From Candidatus Nanohaloarchaea archaeon (GTDB lineage: Archaea; Nanohalarchaeota; Nanosalinia; Nanosalinales; Nanosalinaceae): DNA of 64,000 nt. Both the position numbers and the translations under genes were made by a program. Below, piece by piece: positions 39,013 to 48,738 of the stretch. The notes beneath the pieces are model-generated. The model made no database searches and had not been told where the DNA came from. It saw only the letters and a list, made by a program, of their open reading frames with translations. The stretch is from NCBI GenBank assembly GCA_041640035.1, contig JBEQBC010000001.1:192001-256000 (forward strand). Direction: 5' to 3'. Positions within the stretch are counted from its first letter, which is position 1. The number at the start of each line of letters is the position of its first letter.

Positions 39013-39723
39013 TTAAAGTCCTAGACCTCTTTCCTCAAGTTCTTCAGGAGTGATTCGCTGGAAGCTGTCGTCTTCGTCTACCTTGGACATTTCAAGGTTT
39101 GCTGTATCTAGTTCTTCTTCTCCCTGGTTGAGTGCTTCTACAGCAAGTTCGATTGCCTCTTCTTCGGAAAGATTTTCTTCCCAGTTTTCCTCTAGGTGTT
39201 CTTGAGCTTCTTTACCGTCTTTTCCGATTGCGATTGCCTGCCACTGGTTGAGTGTTCCGGAAGGATCGGTCTGGTAGACTGTTGCTTCTCCATCCTTGAT
39301 CCCACCGCTGATTGTGGCCAGTCCGTACGGTCTTACTCCTCCGTACTGTGTGAACTGCTGGCATCTATCGGCGACGAACTTAGCGAGGACGCTTGGGTCA
39401 ATTGCTTCGTCGTATGTCATCAGGTTTTTCTGTGCTTCCTCTCTGGCTTCTTCAACAAGCGTTCTTCCGTCCGCTACAAGACCGGATGTTGCGATTCCGA
39501 TATGGTCGTCAATCTTGAATACCTTTTCAGGGTTTCTTACCTGAAGCTCTGGAGTGCTTCTTGTGGCACCAAGGACTACACCGTCCTCGTAAACTATTCC
39601 AAGGCTTGTAGCACCTTTTTTCACTGCTTCCTTTGCGTATTCTACCTGGAAAAGTCTTCCATCAGGTGAGAAGATTGTTATTCCGCGGTCGTACTGAGCC
39701 TGCTGTTGATTGGTCATCTGCAT
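39013..39723 (-). CDS. psmA: Proteasome alpha subunit
   Basis: YDRGITIFSPDGRLFQVEYA, RPYG, DPSG. Confidence 0.97.
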   Translation of the reverse strand: MQMTNQQQAQYDRGITIFSPDGRLFQVEYAKEAVKKGATSLGIVYEDGVVLGATRSTPELQVRNPEKVFKIDDHIGIATSGLVADGRTLVEEAREEAQKNLMTYDEAIDPSVLAKFVADRCQQFTQYGGVRPYGLATISGGIKDGEATVYQTDPSGTLNQWQAIAIGKDGKEAQEHLEENWEENLSEEEAIELAVEALNQGEEELDTANLEMSKVDEDDSFQRITPEELEERGLGL

Positions 39724-39893
39724 TATTATTTGGTCACCTATATATCATGTTTGAAAAGTTTGAGAAAACTCTGTATATACAGTATACTAATAGAATATTT
39801 ATTAACCTGATCCGGAGAACAAGAATCGCTGGAAAAAATAAGAAAGCCTTTTTTAGATTACACCCACCACAACACAGATATACAACACGCATT

Positions 39894-40020
39894 GGTCCAT
39901 TAGCTCAGGGGTTAGAGCACCGTCCTTATAAGGACCTCACACAGAAAAAACCTTACTTGATCCTGTGTGTTGCCTCCATAAGAGAGGCGGCGGTCCCGGG
40001 TTCGAATCCCGGATGGACCA
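39894..40020 (+). tRNA. tRNA-Ile(UAU) with 54-nt intron (39931-39984) at 37/38
   Basis: Acceptor GGTCCAT/ATGGACC; anticodon stem CCGTC/GGCGG; loop CT-TAT-A; CTTA/TAAG BHB-type helix; TTCGAAT T-loop. Confidence 0.85.
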
Positions 40021-40091
40021 ACAAATTTGTAGAGTGTTGGACTGTAACATTTCAGATACTTTTTTATCAGGGGTTGAGATTATATCTATTT

Positions 40092-40415
40092 GTGAATCTG
40101 GATTCTATCCTTGTCTTGGTAGACGGTTTTCGTGCTGTCATCGGTATTTTGTTTGGTCTCTTCGCACTGGCTATTTACTGGAAGGTCAGGAATGATAGCG
40201 ACTTGGCGATGAGCTCGTTCCAGTTGAATAAGGAGGAGATTAAACAGGACTACAGAATCATACTTTATGCTAATATTATGATGGTTTTCGCTCTTGTGGC
40301 GCATATTCTTGGAGCCATGAACATTATCGGTCTTCTTACCGGAAGTATTCTCAGAACAGTCTACATTGCAGTGATAGCGTTTGTTCTTATCAGATGGGTG
40401 AGAAACTTCCGATGA
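40092..40415 (+). CDS. Small 3-TM membrane protein (pair 2, first gene)
   Basis: GTG start inside the long ORF; AMSSFQL and RW motifs shared with 61897..62214. Confidence 0.7.
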   Translation: MNLDSILVLVDGFRAVIGILFGLFALAIYWKVRNDSDLAMSSFQLNKEEIKQDYRIILYANIMMVFALVAHILGAMNIIGLLTGSILRTVYIAVIAFVLIRWVRNFR

Positions 40416-40750
40416 TAGAGCTTGAAATACTGTTTGGTGTCGTCAATCTTCTAATTTATCTGCCGGCAATTTACTTTACCCACCGTATTTTACAGCATCT
40501 GGAGGAGGATGGAGATGTTGCTTCAGCAATGTTCTTTATCAAGAAAGATGCAGAGAAGACTTTCCGTATTTCAGCTATCCTGGTAGCTTTGGTGCTTGTC
40601 GGAGAAGTATTTATATACGGAAGTCACTTCCGCGGTGATGTATATCTTGGTATAGGTTATGCTTTAGTCACAATTGCTTCGCTAGGGGTGCTTTACTGGG
40701 TTAAAACCCTTACCAGTGTAACTGCTAACCCTTCAGAAACTAAGGAATAG
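40412..40750 (+). CDS. Small 3-TM membrane protein (pair 2, second gene)
   Basis: ATGA overlap; AMFFIK...FRISAI resembles 62219..62569. Confidence 0.7.
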   Translation: MIELEILFGVVNLLIYLPAIYFTHRILQHLEEDGDVASAMFFIKKDAEKTFRISAILVALVLVGEVFIYGSHFRGDVYLGIGYALVTIASLGVLYWVKTLTSVTANPSETKE

Positions 40751-40760
40751 CTATTTGATC

Positions 40761-41495
40761 TCAGTTTTCCAATGCATGTTTTTCCACAGACCTTTCCACG
40801 ACCTGGTTGTAGTGGTCCCGGTCGATCTCTCCTTCAGTTCTACCACTAATCCATGCCGCAGCTACAGCATCTTCAACTAAACTGCTATACTTCTCAGAAT
40901 TAGCCAGGATTTGATCAGGTTCTACATCGTATTCGTCCAATGTAAGTGCTACCTGGTATCCGGCCGCATGGTGCAAATCTGGATGATTTCCAGGGTTCTC
41001 TTCATATTCTTCCCATTCTGTCTCGTCCTCTTTTAGTTGTTCGAGGTTATCAAATTCGACATTGTAGGCTTCTGGAAGGTTGAAGTACTGTAACTGGTTT
41101 AGGTACGCCAGAGCCTCGGAAAATGCTTTATCGGTGGCTGAATCTGTAGCAGTAAAATCAATCTCTTCCTCAGTTGCTGCCTGTTCTAATGTTTCGTAGA
41201 TGTTTTCGACCTGGTGAGCTACTTCATGCGGAATATGTACAGGATCCTGCACATAGATCTGTAGTTCTCCTTCTTCGAACGGGTTATGTTTCCAGAGCGG
41301 TGGACTGTTCCCCGGCTCTCTCATCGGTCTGCCGTTCCGTTCACTGTACTCTGTAGGTCCGTCAACTGAAACAGTTTCTATATCCGCGAACTCTACTACT
41401 TCTTCAAATCTATCTGTAGTGTCTATGATTATTCCTTCCAGAATACTTCTTTCTTCCTCTCCCAGCTCCAGTTCATCAGTGAGTTCTATTTTCAT
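40761..41495 (-). CDS. Acidic protein with HExxH zincin-like motif
   Basis: PHEVAH plus downstream FSEALA. Confidence 0.5.
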   Translation of the reverse strand: MKIELTDELELGEEERSILEGIIIDTTDRFEEVVEFADIETVSVDGPTEYSERNGRPMREPGNSPPLWKHNPFEEGELQIYVQDPVHIPHEVAHQVENIYETLEQAATEEEIDFTATDSATDKAFSEALAYLNQLQYFNLPEAYNVEFDNLEQLKEDETEWEEYEENPGNHPDLHHAAGYQVALTLDEYDVEPDQILANSEKYSSLVEDAVAAAWISGRTEGEIDRDHYNQVVERSVEKHALEN

Positions 41496-41511
41496 CTTAC
41501 TGTGAATAAAC

Positions 41512-42306
41512 CTATTTTACCCTAGCTTTGGTTATTATCTCGTTATCTCCGTCTTCCACTTCCTTTCTTTCCGCGTGTCTGCCCTCCATCTCGATATCGG
41601 TGAAACCGTTTTCTGTAAGCCATTTCTGAATTTCTTCTGGAGTGAATCCTCTATGTCTCTGAGTGTCCTCGAAGCTTACTTCTTCTCTGGTTGATCGATC
41701 GAATAATGTGTATTCAACATCCCAGGTCCATGTATGATTTTCAGGGTCGTAGTCTGATACCTCGTCATCTATCTCAACCATTACTCTGCCGAAATGGTAC
41801 TGTCCGTGTCCACCAAGTCTTCCCTCCTGTGGATCGCCTGTATCTTCTCTGAAATTATCGAAAAGGAAAACACCATCTTCTTTCAGCACATCATTTACTT
41901 CATTCATCATATTGTCTACTTCGCTGTCTTCCGTGAGGTAGGTCATCGTCCTGCCCAGCATGATTACTGCGTCGAAAGAATCTTCCTGAATCGGTAACTG
42001 TCTGATATCGCCTTGTACATGTCCTGCTTCAGTCTTCTCCCGGGATATTTCAAGCATCTCCTGACTCATATCTAAACCTACGATATCGTAGTCGTTATCG
42101 ATTCTGCCAGTAAGATTGCCTGAACCGTTCCCTAAGTAGAGTACTTTGCTGCCTTCAGGGATGTAGTCTCTAAGAACTTGTTCTTGCGTCTCATAGTCGT
42201 CGGTTCTTTCGTTAAGTGCGTCATAGAATTCTGCCTGGCTACCGTATGAGTCACCGTCTTTAACATCAACTTCTCCGTCCAGGATATCGTAGAATATCTC
42301 AGGCAT
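41512..42306 (-). CDS. Class I SAM-dependent methyltransferase
   Basis: VLYLGNGSG, GLDMS, GDIRQLP, FDAV. Confidence 0.85.
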   Translation of the reverse strand: MPEIFYDILDGEVDVKDGDSYGSQAEFYDALNERTDDYETQEQVLRDYIPEGSKVLYLGNGSGNLTGRIDNDYDIVGLDMSQEMLEISREKTEAGHVQGDIRQLPIQEDSFDAVIMLGRTMTYLTEDSEVDNMMNEVNDVLKEDGVFLFDNFREDTGDPQEGRLGGHGQYHFGRVMVEIDDEVSDYDPENHTWTWDVEYTLFDRSTREEVSFEDTQRHRGFTPEEIQKWLTENGFTDIEMEGRHAERKEVEDGDNEIITKARVK

Positions 42307-42344
42307 ACAACCGTTGTTATCAACAAGTTATAAAATAATTTTGT

Positions 42345-43322
42345 TTATGGTAGAGCTGCTCTGCTCTGGTCGATATTTTCCTCTATCTGACCTGCTTTCT
42401 GCTTTGCGTTCTCCAGTTTCTGAACATTCTTCTCTGCGATGTTCTTTGATTCCTGTAACTGTTCCTCTAGCTCCGGGAAGTCAAAGCTCGCTGACTGTAT
42501 ATCGCTCTCTAAGGCGTTCATCTCTGATACAGAGTTATTCATGTCCTCCAGTAATCGGTCGATTTCATTTTCCAGCTCGGATACATTATCTGCCTCGATC
42601 TGGATAATCTCCTCTATCTCAGCTTCATCCTGCTTTACGGCATCCTCCTCCTGGGATTCCAGTCTTTCGATTTTCTCTATGACTTCGGGATCTACATCGT
42701 GTCCCTCCTCCAGCTGTTCCAGGAACTTGATGTTGCTGTGATCTTCCTGCTTCATCTCCATCTCTTTTCTCTCCTCCTCGGATAGGTTTTCCACTTGTTC
42801 GCTTAGTCTAAGCATCAGGCTTACTGCTTCAACGGCCAGTTCAGCTTCCTTGTTCATCTCCTTCATCTCCTGAAGCTCGTCCGAGAAAGCTTCCTTCAGT
42901 AGATTCCTGTTTCCTGATTCCTCAGCTTTCTGTCTCTCCTGGTCGACCTGGTTAAGCTGCTCGCTCATCGTTCCCTCACTTTTCGAAAGTATATCGACCA
43001 TCCTGGCTCCGTACTCCGCTACCTTTTTCTCATCTGCCGTTAAGTTATGAGTCTTGTCGATTATATCTTCATAGTTCTCTACTTCATCAATCTGAGAGGT
43101 GATAGCTTTCTGAACTGCTTTTCCTGGTAGAGAAGCGTTTCTAGCCTGCTCTTTACTCATCTCACGGCTCTTCTCTACAGCCTTCTGGTATGCACCGGTA
43201 TCGCTTAGAAACTGTGCTATCTCAGCTACTTGTTCCTGGTTTTCATCAAGTATGGTCGCTGCTTCTCTCGATAGAGAGTAACAGGTCTTCAATCCTTTTG
43301 CTACGGCTGCAGGTGCTGGCAT
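42345..43322 (-). CDS. Coiled-coil protein
   Basis: E/Q/K-rich heptads; start placed at MPAPAA to avoid overlap with the GNAT gene. Confidence 0.6.
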   Translation of the reverse strand: MPAPAAVAKGLKTCYSLSREAATILDENQEQVAEIAQFLSDTGAYQKAVEKSREMSKEQARNASLPGKAVQKAITSQIDEVENYEDIIDKTHNLTADEKKVAEYGARMVDILSKSEGTMSEQLNQVDQERQKAEESGNRNLLKEAFSDELQEMKEMNKEAELAVEAVSLMLRLSEQVENLSEEERKEMEMKQEDHSNIKFLEQLEEGHDVDPEVIEKIERLESQEEDAVKQDEAEIEEIIQIEADNVSELENEIDRLLEDMNNSVSEMNALESDIQSASFDFPELEEQLQESKNIAEKNVQKLENAKQKAGQIEENIDQSRAALP

Positions 43323-43327
43323 AGATA

Positions 43328-43873
43328 TCAGTTTTCCTCCGTGGAGAAGTATTCGTCTTCCAGGATGCTCATCCAGATTACATCTTTCCATTCGCCGTTC
43401 ACATACTTGAAATCTCTTCCTCGTCCTTCCTCGGTGAATCCGGCTTTCTCCATAACTATTCTAGATGCTTCGTTTCGTTCAAGATATCCTCCCTTCAGTC
43501 TGTGTCTATTCAGTGTCTCAAAGGCATATTTGACGATTAACTCTGTTGCTTTGGTACCGACACCTTGATTATGGTAGTCCGGATGTACTGATATCCCGAA
43601 CTCGCTTTTCCTGTAAGCCTTATCTAGATCTCCTATGCTTATTGAGCCGGCTTTCTCACCTTGGTACATTATCAGGAAGCTTTCCTTATCTTCTCCATCA
43701 AGTGATTCGATATGGTTTTCCTCCTGCACGAGGTTTACAGGTCTTGGATCCCTGCCTATAGTATCTCTAACTTCTGGATGCTGAACCAGTCTCTGCAGAA
43801 ACTCTGCATCCTCTTTTTCGACGGGCCTGAGAACAACATCATCCTTTTCTAGGAACTTGCTTTTCACATCCAT
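43328..43873 (-). CDS. RimJ/RimL-family GNAT acetyltransferase
   Basis: HPDYHNQGVG, NEAS, GFTEEG. Confidence 0.9.
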   Translation of the reverse strand: MDVKSKFLEKDDVVLRPVEKEDAEFLQRLVQHPEVRDTIGRDPRPVNLVQEENHIESLDGEDKESFLIMYQGEKAGSISIGDLDKAYRKSEFGISVHPDYHNQGVGTKATELIVKYAFETLNRHRLKGGYLERNEASRIVMEKAGFTEEGRGRDFKYVNGEWKDVIWMSILEDEYFSTEEN

Positions 43874-44391
43874 TCACCTCGTTTCACACCAAGATAAACC
43901 ACATCACGGTACTCTCCTTCCGCAAAGGTATGATCTCTCAGTTTACCTTCCTGCTGGAAATCCAGTTTTTCCCATACAGAAATTGAAGGATTGTTGTCCT
44001 CTCTGGCTCTCGCGTATATCTTGTGATAGTCCAGCTGTTGGAAAGCATGGTCTGTAAGTAGTTCGGCTGCCTCTGAACCGTATCCTTTCCCGTGGAAGTC
44101 CGGATGCAGCCATATACCCAGTTCACCTATCTGACCCTCATCATCCTCATCTATCAATGAGATGATTCCTTTCGGATAACCATCTCTGCATATCATCAGG
44201 CTTATCCCGTCTTTATCTGATACAACCTCTTCGATAAATTCCTCTTCTTCATCAAGATTCTTCGGACGAGTGTTGCCCATCCAAACTCTTACATCCGGAT
44301 GGTTTACGCCGTCTCTCAAGAACTCTGCGTCCTCTCTTTCAATAGTTCTGAGATTTACATCTTCTCCTTCGATAAAAACTGGGCCTGGCAT
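43864..44391 (-). CDS. RimJ/RimL-family GNAT acetyltransferase (tandem paralog)
   Basis: HPDFHGKGYG, NNPS, FQQEG. Confidence 0.9.
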   Translation of the reverse strand: MPGPVFIEGEDVNLRTIEREDAEFLRDGVNHPDVRVWMGNTRPKNLDEEEEFIEEVVSDKDGISLMICRDGYPKGIISLIDEDDEGQIGELGIWLHPDFHGKGYGSEAAELLTDHAFQQLDYHKIYARAREDNNPSISVWEKLDFQQEGKLRDHTFAEGEYRDVVYLGVKRGEWM

Positions 44392-44417
44392 ACTTTCAAC
44401 ATGGATTTTACTGGTTT

Positions 44418-45284
44418 TTACATGTTCCGCAGCCTTTCAATCCGTTTCTCCAGAGGAGGATGAGTTGAGAACAGGGAAGCCTTGTTCTTGAACGGGTTCG
44501 AGAAATACAGATGGCTTACCGCCTTGTTCGAGTCCATGCTTGTACTCTGGTTATGAATCTTCTCAAGTGCTCCTGCCAGTCCCTCCGGGTAGCGGGTCAT
44601 CTCAGCTCCGGTCGCATCTGCCAGGTACTCTCTTTTCCGGCTCATCGCCAGCTGTACAGCTCTTGCGGATATCGGTGCGAATATAGCCAGTAGAAGTCCG
44701 GCTGCTGCCAGCCATGGTGGCGCGTCATCGTCAGCTCCGAACCACATGCTGTGAAGCAGTAGTTCGCTGAGAATACTGATTACTCCGATCAAGGCGACTG
44801 CCAGGGTCATGAACATCACATCTCGGTTCTGGATATGTGCGAGTTCATGTGCTAGGACGCCTTCCAGTTCGTCTTTATCCAGTTTTTCGAGTGCTCCTGT
44901 GGTGACCGATATTTTTCCGTTCTTGGGTTTACGTCCTGTTGCGAAAGCATTGATCTCCGGCTTGTCCTGTATGTACAACTCTGGTTTTGGTAGTCCGGAT
45001 GCGACGGTAAGTCCTTCTACAAGGTTATGATACTGTCTGTACTGGTTTTCAGGTGCTTTCTGTGCTCCTGTTACCTGTATTATCATTTCATCGCTCTTGA
45101 AGTAGGAGAATAGAACATAGATGACTGATACAGCGATTCCTAGTGAGAGAATCAGGAAAGGACTCATCGTAGGTACGAACATGCGTCCTATTACAAAGAT
45201 AAGTGCCAGAAGAATCAGTGGGACTATGAAAAGTAGCGCATAACTTTTTCTCTGATTCCACTTTATCTGATCTTCCAGCATCAT
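44418..45284 (-). CDS. htpX: HtpX M48 membrane metalloprotease
   Basis: NAFATG, HELAH, SRKREYLAD, STHPP. Confidence 0.92.
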   Translation of the reverse strand: MMLEDQIKWNQRKSYALLFIVPLILLALIFVIGRMFVPTMSPFLILSLGIAVSVIYVLFSYFKSDEMIIQVTGAQKAPENQYRQYHNLVEGLTVASGLPKPELYIQDKPEINAFATGRKPKNGKISVTTGALEKLDKDELEGVLAHELAHIQNRDVMFMTLAVALIGVISILSELLLHSMWFGADDDAPPWLAAAGLLLAIFAPISARAVQLAMSRKREYLADATGAEMTRYPEGLAGALEKIHNQSTSMDSNKAVSHLYFSNPFKNKASLFSTHPPLEKRIERLRNM

Positions 45285-45303
45285 CGGTCTAACTCACTTC
45301 TCT

Positions 45304-45873
45304 TTACTCTGATTCGCCGGAGAAATCGACTTCAGGAAGCTCACGGTCCGCTGTCTCAATCTGAAGCTGATCCTTCTCGCTGTGGCCGAAAATGTTAGCG
45401 AACACTACTGCCGGGAATGTCTCGATTGCGTTGTTGTATTCAAGTATCGCATCATTGTAGTGCTGTCGTGCGTATGCAACCTTGTTCTCGATGCTTGAGA
45501 GCTCCTGCTGCAGTTCCTTGAAGTTTTCACTTGCCTTTAGGTCAGGATAGTCTTCTGCTACTGCGAAAAGCGATTTCAGTGCTTCTCCCATTTCATCTCC
45601 GGCCTTGGCTTCCTCCTCAGGGCTCTGTGCATTCATTATTTTTTCACGGCTCTCAGAGACCCGGTCCATAACTTCTCTTTCATGCTCCATGTAGCCTTCT
45701 ACAGTTTCCATAAGGTTAGGTATAAGATCGGCTCTTTTCTTCAGTTGGACATCTATTTGGCTCCAGGAGTTATCGATACGGTTTTCTAGAGTAACAAATC
45801 GGTTGTAGTAGTAAACTGTCAGCAGACCTAGAAGGACTACTGCACCTATTCCACCATAAAGTAAAAGAGACAT
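45304..45873 (-). CDS. lemA: LemA family protein
   Basis: QLKKRADLIPNL, AEDYPDLKA. Confidence 0.92.
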   Translation of the reverse strand: MSLLLYGGIGAVVLLGLLTVYYYNRFVTLENRIDNSWSQIDVQLKKRADLIPNLMETVEGYMEHEREVMDRVSESREKIMNAQSPEEEAKAGDEMGEALKSLFAVAEDYPDLKASENFKELQQELSSIENKVAYARQHYNDAILEYNNAIETFPAVVFANIFGHSEKDQLQIETADRELPEVDFSGESE

Positions 45874-45983
45874 AATAAATTTCTTTGCTCTCGCAATCTT
45901 ATAACTTGATTCGATTTAATATGAAGAAGTTGGCCGGAAGAGGGAAAACGATTATAATATATTAGTTCAATTATCTAATTACA

Positions 45984-46034
45984 ATGATTTCCGTCCTTAG
46001 AACTCAGGGTGGACGCGTTCTGGAGCATCAATAA
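45984..46034 (+). CDS. Putative leader peptide MISVLRTQGGRVLEHQ
   Basis: Contains GGTGGACGCGTTC (46008-46020); ATG downstream of an AT-rich TATA-like stretch. Confidence 0.55.
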   Translation: MISVLRTQGGRVLEHQ

Positions 46035-46094
46035 TAGCTTCCAGAATAAAATAATTTCTAAAATCTCTAACTATCCGTTCGCAGGTGTTTTCCT

Positions 46095-46775
46095 GTGACT
46101 CAGGTGCTTTCTGACTGGGAGGTAAGCGTTGTTGACGCAACCTTGGAATGGCCTCGTTACAGCAACCGGTTCAATGAGCTTTTGGGCGATGATATCAAGA
46201 AGTACAAGGCGATGAAACATGAGTTTCCGGAAGATCCGGAAGTAGTAATTATCTCAGGCTCAACCTCCGGAATCTACGAGGACGAGGAATGGATCGACGC
46301 ATTAGTGGAGAAGACTCGGGAATACATCGAGAACGATGTACCCGTGCTTGGCCTCTGCTTCGGTCATCAGGTGATTGCCAAGGCGATGGGTGCTGAAGTC
46401 GTTCAGATGGATGAGTATGAAATCGGTTACCGGCCTGTAGAGTTGGGAGAAAGCGAGATATTTGAAGGACTGGACTCTGTGGAGTACCCGTTCAACACGC
46501 ATCAGGATAAAGTGATTGACTTACCGGACGACTTGGAGACTATCGCTGAAACTGATGTATCCGTTCAGGGCATTCAGCATAGTAAGAAGAAGGTTTATGG
46601 TGTTCAGTTCCATCCGGAGTTGACGCCGCCCATCAAGGAGAAAGCGATCCGGACGAAGGATATGCCTGAGGCTAAGAAAGAGAGACTTTTGAGAGAAGTG
46701 AATGATGCGAACTTTGATCGTGCGAAACGGGTTCTCAGGATATTCGAGAACTTTCAGAACATTTTAGTCAATTAA
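46095..46775 (+). CDS. Class I glutamine amidotransferase-like protein
   Basis: GLCFGHQ, QFHPE catalytic motifs. Confidence 0.9.
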   Translation: MTQVLSDWEVSVVDATLEWPRYSNRFNELLGDDIKKYKAMKHEFPEDPEVVIISGSTSGIYEDEEWIDALVEKTREYIENDVPVLGLCFGHQVIAKAMGAEVVQMDEYEIGYRPVELGESEIFEGLDSVEYPFNTHQDKVIDLPDDLETIAETDVSVQGIQHSKKKVYGVQFHPELTPPIKEKAIRTKDMPEAKKERLLREVNDANFDRAKRVLRIFENFQNILVN

Positions 46776-46809
46776 AGACTAAAATCTTTTTTTCTCTACT
46801 TTTTATTCG

Positions 46810-47208
46810 TTATTCGCTGCTCGCTGGGCCTATGGAGTGATGGCTTTGGTGTAGTGAAGCTCCTTCTAGGTCAGTTATGTTCATTTCGACCCGTACTAGT
46901 TGATCGGGGTCTGCTTCGACTAGAACGGTGATTGGCTGGTTCTTGGAGACGCCGTCTATTCTACGGTTCTCTATTGATTCTCTTACTTCTCCGTTAACTG
47001 AGATGTTGTAGGTGGCCAGTACATTGATTGTTTCGTTGCTGTTCGGTATGTACAGGAATTCTGCGTCACCGTCTGCGTAACTGGATACTTCAACATTAAA
47101 TCCTGGATCAGGATCTGTTTCAACCTGTGTAGGATCAAGTACCAGTATAGCGCCGGTAACTAGGAGAAGGGGTACACCGGTCGCGAACGCAGCATCTCGA
47201 ATGTTCAT
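46810..47208 (-). CDS. Membrane-anchored hypothetical protein
   Basis: N-terminal TM helix. Confidence 0.55.
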   Translation of the reverse strand: MNIRDAAFATGVPLLLVTGAILVLDPTQVETDPDPGFNVEVSSYADGDAEFLYIPNSNETINVLATYNISVNGEVRESIENRRIDGVSKNQPITVLVEADPDQLVRVEMNITDLEGASLHQSHHSIGPASSE

Positions 47209-47254
47209 AACTACTGTTGAGACACAAAAAGTAAAATAGTTGATGGAGAGGTGG

Positions 47255-48019
47255 TTATCCTAACTCCATATCTCCCAGTTTGTCTCTTCTGTAAAGATCG
47301 AGTTCCGCGACTGTGTTGTTCTGATCCTGTCTTGCAGCAAACACTATTCCATCAGCGATCTGTTCAGGCTCGGTAACGGATCCTTCTTCGAACTCTTCCT
47401 TGAAAGCTGTTCCTTCCTCTGAGTTGAACTCTGTGCGGACTTCAGATGGATTTACTACGGTTACTGCTACTCCTTCGTCACCTATTTGGCTTGAAAGGCT
47501 TCTGGCGAATCCTCTTGTCCACCATTTTGAAGCTGCGTATACAGGGTTGACTCCTCGTGGATACTGGCCAGCGATGCTTCCCAGGAAGATCAGGTTACCC
47601 TGTGTTTCTTTCAGATACCTGATTGATTCCCGTGCTACATAGAACATTCCGTCGAGATTGACCGAGTTCGTTTTCTCATAGTGGTCGGTCGGCATATCTT
47701 CGACTTCGCCACTGTATACTAGTCCTGCGTTGCTGACTACTATATCTATCTGTCCGAAGACTTCTTCTGTTTTATTAAACAGGTTTTCTACCTGTTCTTC
47801 ACTAGTTACATCTGTTGATACCACAAGTGTTTCCACGCCGTGTTCTGATTCGATTTTATCTGCTGTTTCCTGTAGTTCCTCTTTACTTCGTGAAGCCAGT
47901 ACGATTTTGGCTTTTTCCTCTGCGAGTCTGTGTGCCGTTGCTTTTCCTATTCCGGAGGACGCACCGGTTATTACCGCGGTATTATCTTCTAGTTCTTGCA
48001 TAGTTTTTACCTCTACCAT
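47255..48019 (-). CDS. SDR oxidoreductase
   Basis: TGASSGIG, NAG, YAASK. Confidence 0.93.
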   Translation of the reverse strand: MVEVKTMQELEDNTAVITGASSGIGKATAHRLAEEKAKIVLASRSKEELQETADKIESEHGVETLVVSTDVTSEEQVENLFNKTEEVFGQIDIVVSNAGLVYSGEVEDMPTDHYEKTNSVNLDGMFYVARESIRYLKETQGNLIFLGSIAGQYPRGVNPVYAASKWWTRGFARSLSSQIGDEGVAVTVVNPSEVRTEFNSEEGTAFKEEFEEGSVTEPEQIADGIVFAARQDQNNTVAELDLYRRDKLGDMELG

Positions 48020-48103
48020 TACAGTGTTGAATGGTTTGATTTATCATCTGGCTGGACGGCCGGATGTAATCGTTAAAAGACTTCGAGTCGGAAATCTGAT
48101 TAT

Positions 48104-48736
48104 ATGAGTTTGAAACTCCTCGTGACCAGTGACTTCCACGCTGATGAAGAACTGAAGGAAGCCGCCGTAGAAGAAGCTAACAGCGGTGATTACGACCTTT
48201 TCATCAACCTGGGAGACTACATGGGATTTGATTATGCGGAAGACATGTTTGACCGTATCGATATCCCGGCGATAGGTACTACAGGTAACCGTGACTCGAT
48301 GGATAAAGACCGTTTCGAGGAAAGCAGCGTACCTGTATACAAGTTCCTGGAAGCAAATGTTGACGACGACTACCTTGTAATACTGATCGGAGGAAGCTTC
48401 CCGGATGATATCAAGGATCAGGTGAATGAGATAATTGAGGAGCACGGAGACCCTGAAAAAGTTATAATCGGATCACATTATCCGCCGAAAAAGCTTCAGG
48501 ACACGATTAGTTCAGGTCGACATATAGGTTTCGATCAGTTCCGTGAAATCATTATGCGGAAGAAGCCAGCTATCTGGATGTCGGGACATGTACATGAAGA
48601 CTACGGTAGAGATTCCCTGTTTAATACTGAGATAATAAACGCGGCCTCAGAAGAAACTGGCAAAGGCTACAAGGTAGTGATGTCCGATGAAGGCGGTGTT
48701 GAAAGTATTGAAGAAGTAGTTCTGGTCGAAGAATAG
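48104..48736 (+). CDS. Metallophosphoesterase
   Basis: SDFH, GD, GNRD, GHVHE. Confidence 0.88.
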   Translation: MSLKLLVTSDFHADEELKEAAVEEANSGDYDLFINLGDYMGFDYAEDMFDRIDIPAIGTTGNRDSMDKDRFEESSVPVYKFLEANVDDDYLVILIGGSFPDDIKDQVNEIIEEHGDPEKVIIGSHYPPKKLQDTISSGRHIGFDQFREIIMRKKPAIWMSGHVHEDYGRDSLFNTEIINAASEETGKGYKVVMSDEGGVESIEEVVLVEE

Positions 48737-48738
48737 CT

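Noticed and set aside
39972-39988. Alternative anticodon arm GCCTC-CATAAGA-GAGGC at the intron 3' end (alternative splicing)
   Set aside because: The loop lacks U33 and no supporting BHB was seen.
39633-40091. N-terminal part of the 260-aa ORF 39633..40415
   Set aside because: It runs antisense to psmA and through tRNA-Ile; the real gene probably starts at GTG 40092.
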